Assembly (NCBI GenBank): GCA_016282055.1
Contig: JAEEJT010000204.1
Coordinates: 1 to 28,489 of the forward strand
From: Bacilli bacterium
GTDB taxonomy: Bacteria > Bacillota_I > Bacilli_A > ML615J-28 > CAG-698
DNA: 28,489 bases
Direction of reading: 5' to 3'
In this document: positions 6,502 through 15,528 of the stretch, in pieces
Numbering within the stretch: position 1 is the stretch's first letter
Layout: each line of letters opens with the position of its first letter
Notes under the pieces: generated by a model
Seen by the model: the letters and a program-made list of their open reading frames with translations, nothing else
Database searches by the model: none
What the model was told of the DNA's origin: nothing
Program-made: the position numbers and the translations under genes

Positions 6502-9500
6502 ATGAAGGATATTACAGTTAACAATAGAATAGCTAACGAAATTCACTTTAAAAACATATTTTTAAAGAATAGTTATACCGAACTTGGTATAATTGATGTT
6601 GGAGTTTTAGAAAGATTATTAAAGCATGAATTAGTTAAATTTAGTGATATTTATTATTTCCCAATTCTTAATACTGGGTTGGGTCATAGTACAATTAATA
6701 ATGAAGAATTGCAAAAATCAATTCCCTTTTTATTTTTAAAGGAATTAAGTGATAATGATGCTTCAATTCAATTATGTATTACTCATGGATTATTAAAATA
6801 TAAATCAATTGATGAAGATGAAACATTTATGCCTATTGTTTTACTTCCAATTAATATATATTTTGAACGTGAAGATATCTACTGTCAAATGATAGGTAAT
6901 CCTGTTATTAATGAATATATAAGTAATGTAAGTGTAAATGTTAAGTTTAATCAATTACAATCTATTAATATTAAAAGTATTATGGATCTTGATAATGTTT
7001 TATATCAATTAGATAAAATTAATAACATTGAAGTAAAACTTGAAAACTTTTTAACATATGCAACTATTAAAGGAAAAGATATTGTTTTAAACTCTAAATA
7101 TAGTATTAAGAATAGATTATATTATGAGAATAAAAAGATTAATGCTCATTTAAAATATACAAAAGGTTTTTTAAGTAAAGAACAAAATGAAGCATTAGAT
7201 AAACTATTAACAGGAGAAAATCTTGGTATAACAGGTTATAATGGCTGTGGCAAAACAACAGTCGCTGAAAGTTTTATTATTAATGCTGTATGTGATAATA
7301 AAAATGTATTGTACATATCTAATTCACATGAATCTATTAATAGAATGTATAATTTTTTAAAAGACAATAATCTTGAAAAGAATGTTCTTGATTTGAATAA
7401 TTCTTTTTATAAGAATTGTAATAAGGTATATACATATAATAAAGAATTAATATACGATGATGAATTAATTAATGATTATAAGAAGAAAATTAAAGAATTA
7501 GATATCTACTTTGATAATTATGAGAAAACTTTAGGTTATAGTATCAATGATTTTAAGATACTTGATTTAATTAAAAGAAGATTTGTTCTTGATGATGATA
7601 AGTTTAGGCTTGATGAAAATATTATTGATAATGATAAACTTCGTGGGTACTATAAAAATGAGATTGAAGAGATTATATCTCAGATTAAAATAATTGAAGA
7701 TAACTATAATAAGATACCTTCATTTAAAAATAGTACATGGAAAGAAATTCCTTATATTAATAACGTTAATCATGCTAACCAAATTATTACTATTGTTTTA
7801 CAATTAAATACTGGTTTAAAAAAGTTAAAAGAGTATGAAGCATCATTAAATGAATATGGAATGAAAAGCATCCAAAGTTTCTCTGAAATGAGAAAATATA
7901 TTGTTGCGATAAATAATTTAAAAGAGGAAGTTATTCCTTATCAATGGAAAAATAATATTGATTTATTTTATAAAGCTTGTAGTAAATATGAAGAACTTAG
8001 AAATAATATTTTGAAGTATGTTAATACTGATAATTATCTAAATAATAAATATAAAAACTTATTAAGTATTGATATTGATGAAGAGATTAAAAAACTTTAT
8101 GGTAGTTTTTATAAAGAAAGTGACAAGGATTTAATTAATGCAATTATTAAATCACGACCAACATTTAAAAACATTATTGCTTCAATTAATTCTAATCTTT
8201 TGACATTTGATTCTAATTATTTAGATATTAATTTATTAAGTGATTTTGATTTTATCCAAAAAGACGATTATTTTCTTGATGTTAAAAAACTTGTAAAGTT
8301 ATTTAATACATATGATATTAATCATAAGATTATTGAATTATTCCAAAATAATCATATTGGTACAATATCTAAAGATTTAAATAGTTTAAATAAAAAGATA
8401 ACTAATGTATTAAATGATATTAAAGAACTTGAAATTAGTAATCCTAAGTTAAGCAAGATTGACATTGATAAAATAAAAGATATAACTAATGATATTAAAT
8501 CATACATTGAAAAGAAAAAGAAACTTAAACGATTAACTAGAGACTATCGAGAATTAATTGGTTTTAGTTATGAAAATAATACTGATGTAATTAATACTAT
8601 TGAGTTATTAAAAGAATATTATCATGAGATAAAACAAAAATCATATTTTGATAAACTAGTTAAGATAATGAATCTTTGTTTATCTGATTTAACTTTAAAT
8701 GAGTTAAATCTTATTATGTCTAGTTATGATGAAATAATAGTATTTGCAACATTCTTTAATAAGTATGGTTTTGATATTAAGAGTTTCTCTATTAAGAATG
8801 GAATTAGTAAATTAAAAGAATACTTAAAATATTTAGATGAATTATATAAATCTAATGATTGTATTAAATCTTTAATTAATGATTTTAAAGATAGTTATGC
8901 ATACGTTGATGAATACTATAAGATTAAAATGTATAATTCTAATATGATTGAGATGGCTGAAGCATTAAGAAATAACAATGAATTCTATCAATGCTTTGGT
9001 TATCTATATAGTGCTGAAGAAACAAGTATTAGTAATGTAAGTAATGTTATTAAACTATTTAATGAATACATTCATATTTTTAATAGTGACGATGATGCAT
9101 TAAAGAGTTTTAAAGATCTTGGTAAGATTAAGATTATTAGTAGTAATGCTTTTGAATTAATTAACGAGATTATTGAAAACTTACGTTTGTATGGTAATGT
9201 ATTTAAAGATAGTATTAGTAGATACTATTATAGTAATATTAAAGATAATGTTGCTTATTTAAGTAAATTACTTGAAAGTAGAGATGAACTTCAAATATAT
9301 CTTAATATTACTAGAGCTATGACTATATTACATTCTTATAATCTTGATGAGTTTATTGATTATATTGTTAATTTAAGTAATATTAAAGGTGTTAGCAATG
9401 CTTTCTCAAGAAAGTATTATGATTTATTAATAGATGATTTCTTTAGTAAAAATCCTATTGATAATAGTAATGATTATATTAATAAATTAAATGTATATTA

Positions 9501-10656
9501 TTCTATTAATTTAAATTATATTAATAATCTAAATAATAAGATATTAGATAAAAACGTTGATAGAAGTAGTAATATGACTGTTAATTTAAAATATAATAGT
9601 TATAAAGAGTATTTAAGGTATAATAATAGATATAAAGTATTATTATCTAATCAATTATTTGCTGGAATGTACTATAAATACATGGATTACGATATCATCA
9701 TTATTGATGATAGTCATATGATAACTCATGGTGATTTTAATAGTTTATTTAAAAATAAACAGATTGTTGTTTTAGGTGATTATCAAAGTAATAAGATTGT
9801 TAACCAAAACTTGCTTTCTTTGATTAATAATCTTGAGTTTGTTACACTTAAAAATAGATATATAAAAACACCAAGATTATTATCTAATAACCTATCTTAT
9901 GTTATATCTCCTATTCCTTTAGATTACAGTAAGAATAAAGGAATATCTGTATTAACTGAAAAAATAGTTGAAAAGATTTATGATTTATACAAAAATAATA
10001 AAGATGTTCGTATAAATTATTTTATTAAAGATTATAATCATAAGCGTGATACATATGAAAAGATATGTTCATATCTATTAAGTCAAAAGTTAACACCAAA
10101 AGAGATTATTAATTTTATGACTTATAATTTGTTTATTGGTGATATAACTAATAGAAATTATATAGCTAGTGATTTTAATATTCTTTATTTAAGAGATTAT
10201 TGTAATGAGAATAGTCAAATTGTTTCATCAAATCTTTTTGAAATCTTAACGTTAACAAAAGAAGAATTAATTATATATGATTCTAGAAATTATTTAAAAC
10301 AAGATTTTAATTATGATTTCTTTAAACAAATTAAATCAATATGTAATGATAATAATATATTTAAAGGTGAAAGTTATACAAAAGTTGATGAAAAATTAAC
10401 AAGTCTTTTAGAGAAAAGAGGATATGAAATATATTATCCTTCTAATCATTTAAATTTTGTTATTAAAAAACCTAAAGAAAATAAGTTATATCCTTTTGTA
10501 TTATTATTTGATTCTACGTATTTAATTGATGTTAAGAATAATTTTTGTGTATTAAAGAGTCAATATAATTTAGATAAGATAATTGTAAGAACTGTCGTTG
10601 ATTTATTAGATACTAATAAATTAATTGATTCAATATGTGAGGAAATAGATGGCTAG
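6502..10656 (+). CDS. Large DUF4011-type / split SF1 (Upf1-like) helicase-like protein with a degenerate C-terminal restriction-endonuclease-like domain (1384 aa)
   Basis: The N-terminal LCITHGLLKY...MPIVLLPINI...NPVINE resembles DUF4011. Walker A GYNGCGKTT (7234-7260), then a long helical insert, then IIIIDDSHM (Walker B-like, 9691-9720), VVLGDYQ and LKNRY. The C-terminal EKLTSLLEKRGYEI...LNFVI resembles a Vsr/DUF559-like fold. Confidence 0.6.
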   Translation: MKDITVNNRIANEIHFKNIFLKNSYTELGIIDVGVLERLLKHELVKFSDIYYFPILNTGLGHSTINNEELQKSIPFLFLKELSDNDASIQLCITHGLLKYKSIDEDETFMPIVLLPINIYFEREDIYCQMIGNPVINEYISNVSVNVKFNQLQSINIKSIMDLDNVLYQLDKINNIEVKLENFLTYATIKGKDIVLNSKYSIKNRLYYENKKINAHLKYTKGFLSKEQNEALDKLLTGENLGITGYNGCGKTTVAESFIINAVCDNKNVLYISNSHESINRMYNFLKDNNLEKNVLDLNNSFYKNCNKVYTYNKELIYDDELINDYKKKIKELDIYFDNYEKTLGYSINDFKILDLIKRRFVLDDDKFRLDENIIDNDKLRGYYKNEIEEIISQIKIIEDNYNKIPSFKNSTWKEIPYINNVNHANQIITIVLQLNTGLKKLKEYEASLNEYGMKSIQSFSEMRKYIVAINNLKEEVIPYQWKNNIDLFYKACSKYEELRNNILKYVNTDNYLNNKYKNLLSIDIDEEIKKLYGSFYKESDKDLINAIIKSRPTFKNIIASINSNLLTFDSNYLDINLLSDFDFIQKDDYFLDVKKLVKLFNTYDINHKIIELFQNNHIGTISKDLNSLNKKITNVLNDIKELEISNPKLSKIDIDKIKDITNDIKSYIEKKKKLKRLTRDYRELIGFSYENNTDVINTIELLKEYYHEIKQKSYFDKLVKIMNLCLSDLTLNELNLIMSSYDEIIVFATFFNKYGFDIKSFSIKNGISKLKEYLKYLDELYKSNDCIKSLINDFKDSYAYVDEYYKIKMYNSNMIEMAEALRNNNEFYQCFGYLYSAEETSISNVSNVIKLFNEYIHIFNSDDDALKSFKDLGKIKIISSNAFELINEIIENLRLYGNVFKDSISRYYYSNIKDNVAYLSKLLESRDELQIYLNITRAMTILHSYNLDEFIDYIVNLSNIKGVSNAFSRKYYDLLIDDFFSKNPIDNSNDYINKLNVYYSINLNYINNLNNKILDKNVDRSSNMTVNLKYNSYKEYLRYNNRYKVLLSNQLFAGMYYKYMDYDIIIIDDSHMITHGDFNSLFKNKQIVVLGDYQSNKIVNQNLLSLINNLEFVTLKNRYIKTPRLLSNNLSYVISPIPLDYSKNKGISVLTEKIVEKIYDLYKNNKDVRINYFIKDYNHKRDTYEKICSYLLSQKLTPKEIINFMTYNLFIGDITNRNYIASDFNILYLRDYCNENSQIVSSNLFEILTLTKEELIIYDSRNYLKQDFNYDFFKQIKSICNDNNIFKGESYTKVDEKLTSLLEKRGYEIYYPSNHLNFVIKKPKENKLYPFVLLFDSTYLIDVKNNFCVLKSQYNLDKIIVRTVVDLLDTNKLIDSICEEIDG

Positions 10657-11200
10657 AAGTGATAAGAGTGAAATGATTGCTTTTATGAAAGCAATAAAAG
10701 AGAATCCCCAAAGATATTACTTTATCCAATCTAATATTACAAATCTTAAAAATAAAGGTATAGATATATCAACACAAGGTCATAGTGGGAATACTTTATT
10801 ACATCTTGCTATTCAACTTGATAATATTAAATTACTTAGAATGTTTATTAAAAATAATGTTAATTGTGATTTAGCAAATGATCAAGGAGAAGCACCTATT
10901 CATAAAGCTATTTTAAAAGGTAGACTTGATATGATTAAAGTCCTTGTTAAAGCTGGATGTGATGTTAATGCATTAAAAGAGTTAGATGAATCTCCTTTAC
11001 ATGTGGCAGTTATCTCTGGTAGACTTGATATATTAAAATATCTTGTTGAAAGTGGAAGTGATATATTAATTGCTAATGAGAATAATTTACTTCCAATTGA
11101 TTATGCAATTGATGAAAAAGATAAAGATATGATATCTTATTTAATGGTTCGTCAAGAAATTGATGAAAAGAGATATGAAAAGATAAATGCAATATTGTGA
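10649..11200 (+). CDS. Ankyrin-repeat protein (3-4 repeats)
   Basis: GNTLLHLAI, GEAPIHKAILKGRLDMIKVLVKAGCDVN, DESPLHVAVISGRLDILKYLVESGSDI and NLLPIDYA. The start overlaps the upstream stop by 8 nt. Confidence 0.92.
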   Translation: MARSDKSEMIAFMKAIKENPQRYYFIQSNITNLKNKGIDISTQGHSGNTLLHLAIQLDNIKLLRMFIKNNVNCDLANDQGEAPIHKAILKGRLDMIKVLVKAGCDVNALKELDESPLHVAVISGRLDILKYLVESGSDILIANENNLLPIDYAIDEKDKDMISYLMVRQEIDEKRYEKINAIL

Positions 11201-11207
11201 GGTATGT

Positions 11208-12005
11208 ATGGAAAAGTTTATTGAATATTTTAAGAATTACTATAATGTTAGTCCGACAACAGGAATTATACGATTAATATTTGATTTATTAATTGTTATA
11301 GCATTATTAATAATATTCTTTGTCTTGATTAGAAAAAGAGTTAATATAAAAAGATTTTTACTTGGTGTATTAGTTTTAGTTATTTTAAGTTTCTTATCAA
11401 TTCTTTTTGATTTAAAGATATTAAATTCAGTAATGAAAAACTTAAGTCACTGGTCTGTTGGTTTTATTATTCTTTTATATTTTCCTGAGATTAAAGCTAG
11501 TCTTGATGGTAAATCAAATAAGGATAATAAAGATAGTGCATTTGATTCTATTGAACAAAAAGAAGAGACTATTAATGTTATATGTAATACTGTCGAGTAT
11601 TTTTCAAAAAGAAAAATTGGAGCTTTAATTACATTTGAAAGAAAAGATTCTTTAGATTCTTTAATTGAAAAAGCTATTCCAATTAACGCTGATATTACTC
11701 AAGAAATCCTAACAACAATATTTACACCAGGTACAGCTTGTCATGATGGTGGATTAATTATTAGAAATAATAAAATAGTATGCGCAGCAAGCTACTATCC
11801 ATTAACAGATAATTATGATGTTCCCAAGTTTTTAGGTACTCGTCATAGAGCTGCTATTGGTATTAGTGAAAAGTATGATGCCATTACAATTGTTGTAAGT
11901 GAAGAGACTGGTAATGTTAGTATAACAGTTGCTGGTAATATTAGTTTAGAGTTACCAATTGAAAGAGTAAGAACTTTACTTGATGGTTATTTAGCTACAA
12001 AATAG
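11208..12005 (+). CDS. cdaA: Membrane-anchored diadenylate cyclase (c-di-AMP synthase)
   Basis: Three N-terminal hydrophobic helices, IGALITFER, catalytic HDGG (DGA-like) and GTRHRAAIG, VVSEETG. Start placed at ATG 11208 (GAGGT at 11199-11203) rather than 11187. Confidence 0.92.
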   Translation: MEKFIEYFKNYYNVSPTTGIIRLIFDLLIVIALLIIFFVLIRKRVNIKRFLLGVLVLVILSFLSILFDLKILNSVMKNLSHWSVGFIILLYFPEIKASLDGKSNKDNKDSAFDSIEQKEETINVICNTVEYFSKRKIGALITFERKDSLDSLIEKAIPINADITQEILTTIFTPGTACHDGGLIIRNNKIVCAASYYPLTDNYDVPKFLGTRHRAAIGISEKYDAITIVVSEETGNVSITVAGNISLELPIERVRTLLDGYLATK

Positions 12006-12033
12006 AAGAAGTTTATTGGGAGACTTTTTTGAA

Positions 12034-12483
12034 ATGACATTATGGATAAGAAGATGGAATAATAAAATTTTTGATTTAGTCGGGGCATATAATAATAAGG
12101 AGAATAAATCCGAAGTAGAGTGAAATCAATATAATCATTATGACGAAAATGATATTGTTTTCATCTATGATACACAAAATAAATTTGTTAGATATATTTT
12201 TCAGGTAACAAAGGTTGACATTACATCTGAACATTTAAAAAATAATATTCGTGATGGCTTAAAATACTGGATAGATAAAAAATCATATTATGAAAGAAAA
12301 AGAAAAAACAGATGGGTTATGTTAAAAAAAATCTATGAAATAAAAGCTCAAATTACTTTAGATAAAATAGGAATTAATAAATATTTTGTTAGATGTACAC
12401 GATTAAATAAAGAAAACCAAGATAAATTGAAAATTCTTGCTCCAGGAATCTTTGATTTTCTCAAAACTAAGAATTATTTGTAA
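12034..12483 (+). pseudogene. EVE/PUA-like domain gene (149 codons) interrupted by one in-frame TGA at 12121-12123
   Basis: Manual translation: MTLWIRRWNNKIFDLVGAYNNKENKSEVE*NQYNHYDENDIVFIYDTQNKFVRYIFQVTKVDITSEHLKNNIRDGLKYWIDKKSYYERKRKNRWVMLKKIYEIKAQITLDKIGINKYFVRCTRLNKENQDKLKILAPGIFDFLKTKNYL*. GGGAG lies upstream and a terminator follows the stop directly. The W..N...FD..GA....W.Q....DIV(F/Y)IY pattern is recalled from EVE-like N-terminal domains of HNH proteins. Confidence 0.7.
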
Positions 12484-12506
12484 GACTAGGTTACTAGTCT
12501 TTTTTT
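12482..12506 (+). terminator. Intrinsic terminator
   Basis: Stem AAGACTAG / CTAGTCTT with a GTTA loop, then a T-run to 12506. It overlaps the TAA at 12481-12483. Confidence 0.85.
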
Positions 12507-12571
12507 GTTTATTAGTAATTACAATTGTATATGTAATTTTATTTATAATTCTTTTATAATAGTTAATATTG

Positions 12572-12580
12572 TGCTATAAT
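12572..12580 (+). promoter_or_regulatory. Extended -10 promoter
   Basis: TG-C-TATAAT. RBS AAGGAG at 12596-12601 precedes ATG 12608. Confidence 0.6.
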
Positions 12581-12607
12581 ATAAGTAATGTTTATAAGGA
12601 GTTTATT

Positions 12608-14128
12608 ATGATTGGTTACATTAAAACTTTTGAAGTATCATTTATTTTATATGCATTATTATTATCTATAATTTGTTTATTTAGATATAAAAAAGGAATG
12701 CAAATATTTTCTTTTGTTTTTATTTTATTAATTTGTTGTTGTTTAGGATTAAATAAGTATTTAAATCTTGATTATTTTGGATTCAGTAAAATACTTGATT
12801 ATAAGTTAGAACTATGGCTTGATTGTTTAGTCTCTCTTATTATTTTATTTAATGTTATTTTTACATCTAGTAATAAAGAGAAATTATATAAACAAGCTAG
12901 TGAAGCATTAGATAAGAATGCTTATGTTTATTTAAATAAAAAAGGTAAAGTATTAAATTATACAGAATCTTTTTATACAACAATTAATTGTTATAAGAAG
13001 AATTGGTATAAAAAAGCAAGCTTCTTTTATAATAATACTAGTGTAAGTTATAGTGATTTATTAAGTAGTATTAAAGATACTGATGATGTTAGTTTTAAAG
13101 TTACTATTGTTTTAAAGAGTGATTTAGGTGATAGTGAATATAATTTTAATTTTCAAAAGCTTGTTATTGAAAAGGATAATAAAGTATTAGGTTATGCATT
13201 AGTTAATGCTAAGGTTAATACAACATTAGATGGATTTAGTCTAGTTATTGATAATTTAGATGTTCCTTATGCATATTATAATGATTCAAGTAGTAACATA
13301 ATTTATGTTATTAATAAGAGACTTAAAGAACTTTTAAATGTTCAAGGTAGAACTCTTACTATTAATGAGTTAAGAGAACTTGTATTTAAAGATGATTTAC
13401 AAGTATTTGATACATCAATTAATGATATGATGTCTAATTCATTCAGTTTTAGATTAAATACTGTTGATGGTTTTAAGATGTTTAATCAATATAAGATTAT
13501 AAAGAATGAGAATTTAATTTCTATTATTTCTTTAGTTGATGACAAGAATGATCTTGTTACAACTAAAAATACTATTAGTGAATGTATCAATAACAATATT
13601 AGTACTAATAAACCTTTTGGCGGTGTTATTGTTAGTTTAAATGGTTACCTTGATTTATTTAATAATAATGGTGGAGTTGTTGCTAAAGAACTTACTAATA
13701 GATTCGTTGATTACTGTACACATAGTATTTTAAAATCTAATGATTTAATTTGTAAGATTAGTGATATTGAATATTTATTATTCTTTAATGATATGAATAA
13801 TCTTGATTTAGTAGTTAGAGATATATGTAATAAAACTAGTAATTTATTAAAGTATTCATTTAACTTTGATGAAGCCACATATGAATCTAAAAATACTATT
13901 GGTATTGTTTATTCTGATGAATCTGTTAAAAACGAAAAAGATTTCTATTCTAATTTAGATATGGCATTATCATTTGCTAATTCTAATAGTTATGCTAATG
14001 ATTATAGTATTTTCCAATCTAATATGACTATGAATAGTAAGATTAGTAAAATTATTAAAAAAGAAGATTATTCTTTTGATAACATTAGAATTAGTCTTGA
14101 TAATAGTTTCTTAGATGAAGATGAGTAA
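12608..14128 (+). CDS. Membrane protein with PAS-like region(s) and a degenerate GGDEF domain
   Basis: Three N-terminal TM segments, then AYVYLNKKGKVLNYTESF (PAS-like). The C-terminal GVIVSLNGYLDLFNNNGGVVAKEL...DLICKISDIEYLLFF...TIGIVY...LDMALSFAN follows the GGDEF fold pattern with SDIEY in place of GGDEF. Confidence 0.65.
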   Translation: MIGYIKTFEVSFILYALLLSIICLFRYKKGMQIFSFVFILLICCCLGLNKYLNLDYFGFSKILDYKLELWLDCLVSLIILFNVIFTSSNKEKLYKQASEALDKNAYVYLNKKGKVLNYTESFYTTINCYKKNWYKKASFFYNNTSVSYSDLLSSIKDTDDVSFKVTIVLKSDLGDSEYNFNFQKLVIEKDNKVLGYALVNAKVNTTLDGFSLVIDNLDVPYAYYNDSSSNIIYVINKRLKELLNVQGRTLTINELRELVFKDDLQVFDTSINDMMSNSFSFRLNTVDGFKMFNQYKIIKNENLISIISLVDDKNDLVTTKNTISECINNNISTNKPFGGVIVSLNGYLDLFNNNGGVVAKELTNRFVDYCTHSILKSNDLICKISDIEYLLFFNDMNNLDLVVRDICNKTSNLLKYSFNFDEATYESKNTIGIVYSDESVKNEKDFYSNLDMALSFANSNSYANDYSIFQSNMTMNSKISKIIKKEDYSFDNIRISLDNSFLDEDE

Positions 14129-14798
14129 ATATAGTTTAATTTTACTTCTAGGGGGATCTAGTACAAGGTTTAATGGTGAATGCAATAAGGTATATACACT
14201 TATTGATGGTAAACCTTTATTTAGATATTCTTTAGATGTATTCTTAAGTGATAGTGATTGTGAAAGTGTATATATTGTTTATAACAAGAATGATTTAAGT
14301 TTACTTGATACATATCTAATGGATATAAAGGATAGTAGAATTAATATTGTTGTTGGTGGAAGCAAAAGACATTTAAGTGTTTATAATGGGCTTTTAAATG
14401 TTAAAAGTAAATATGTTTTTGTCCATGATGGAGCTAGACCATTTGTTAGTATTAGTGATATTGAAAAACTTAAAAAATCTCTAATGCATCACGCTTCAGC
14501 TACTCTTGCTTATAAAATTAATAATACTATTAAAGAAAGTTGTGGAAACAGTATAAAAACACTTGATAGATCCTGTCTATTTGGTGTTATTACACCTCAA
14601 GCACATCATACTGAAATTTTTAGAAATTTACTTGAAAAAGCCTTAAATGATGATGTAATTTATGATGATTTAATGGTTTTTGAAAGATACAGTGATATAA
14701 GAAGCGATATTATTTTTACGATGAATAATACAGTTAAAGTTACTACAATCGAGGATTTAGGCTATATTAGATACCTAATTGGTGAAAAAAATGATTAA
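14115..14798 (+). CDS. ispD: 2-C-methyl-D-erythritol 4-phosphate cytidylyltransferase
   Basis: GGSSTRF...NKVY, GGSKRHLSVYNGL, VFVHDGARPF, TPQ and KVTTIEDL. Adjacent to ispF. The start may be ATG 14121. Confidence 0.88.
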   Translation: MKMSKYSLILLLGGSSTRFNGECNKVYTLIDGKPLFRYSLDVFLSDSDCESVYIVYNKNDLSLLDTYLMDIKDSRINIVVGGSKRHLSVYNGLLNVKSKYVFVHDGARPFVSISDIEKLKKSLMHHASATLAYKINNTIKESCGNSIKTLDRSCLFGVITPQAHHTEIFRNLLEKALNDDVIYDDLMVFERYSDIRSDIIFTMNNTVKVTTIEDLGYIRYLIGEKND

Positions 14799-15267
14799 AA
14801 TTGGTCAAGCAAGCGATATTCATAAATTAGTAGAAGGAAGAAAATTAATCCTTGGAACTGTTGAAATTCCCTTTGAAAAAGGCCTTTTAGGGCATTCTGA
14901 TGGGGATTGTCTTACACATGCTATTGTTAATAGTATTATTGGTGCTTTAGGGCTTGGAGACATTGGAAAATTCTATCCTGATACTGATAATAAGTATAAA
15001 GATATTGATTCAAGTTATTTTCTTGTTGATATAAAAAATGTGTTAAAATCTAATGGATTTAGAATAGTTAATATTGATTCTTGTGTTTTACTTGAAAAAC
15101 CAATACTTAAAGATTATATTCCCATCATGCGGGAATCAATTAGTAAGTATTTAGATATTGATAAGTCTTTAATTAATATTAAAGCAACTAGGGGAGAAAG
15201 CCTTGGTTTTATAGGAGAAGGAAAAGGAATTAAAGCTGAAGCAGTTTGTTTAATTGAAAAGCTTTAG
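14791..15267 (+). CDS. ispF: 2-C-methyl-D-erythritol 2,4-cyclodiphosphate synthase
   Basis: IGQASDIH, GLLGHSDGDCLTHA, GDIGKFYPD, INIKAT and LGFIGEGKGI. Start placed at ATG 14791. Confidence 0.95.
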   Translation: MIKIGQASDIHKLVEGRKLILGTVEIPFEKGLLGHSDGDCLTHAIVNSIIGALGLGDIGKFYPDTDNKYKDIDSSYFLVDIKNVLKSNGFRIVNIDSCVLLEKPILKDYIPIMRESISKYLDIDKSLINIKATRGESLGFIGEGKGIKAEAVCLIEKL

Positions 15268-15279
15268 AGGAGAGTTTAT

Positions 15280-15528
15280 ATGTTAGATAATAATCAAATT
15301 ATTGTTAAAATTCAAAATGTTTTAAATAAGATTCGTCCATATTTACAAAATGATGGTGGAGACGTTGAATTTAAAAAATTTGAAAATGGAATATGCTATG
15401 TTAAAATGCTTGGAGCTTGTCAAGGTTGTGGTAGTATTGATACTACTTTATCTGATTTAATTGAAGCATTTTTACTTGAAGAAGTTGAAGGCGTAATTGG
15501 AGTAGAATTAGTTAGTGATGAAGAATAA
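15280..15528 (+). CDS. NifU-like (Nfu) Fe-S cluster carrier domain protein
   Basis: IRPYLQNDGGDVE and GACQGC (CxxC). RBS GAGGAG. Confidence 0.9.
   Translation: MLDNNQIIVKIQNVLNKIRPYLQNDGGDVEFKKFENGICYVKMLGACQGCGSIDTTLSDLIEAFLLEEVEGVIGVELVSDEE

Noticed and set aside
6502-10656. Calling it a functional Hhe defence system
   Set aside because: Walker B, motif VI and the nuclease acidic residues look degenerate, and no DUF3320-like tail is visible; only ancestry is suggested.
12121-12123. Genome-wide TGA=Trp recoding
   Set aside because: All other genes use TGG for Trp, and TGA ends several genes in ATGA overlaps.
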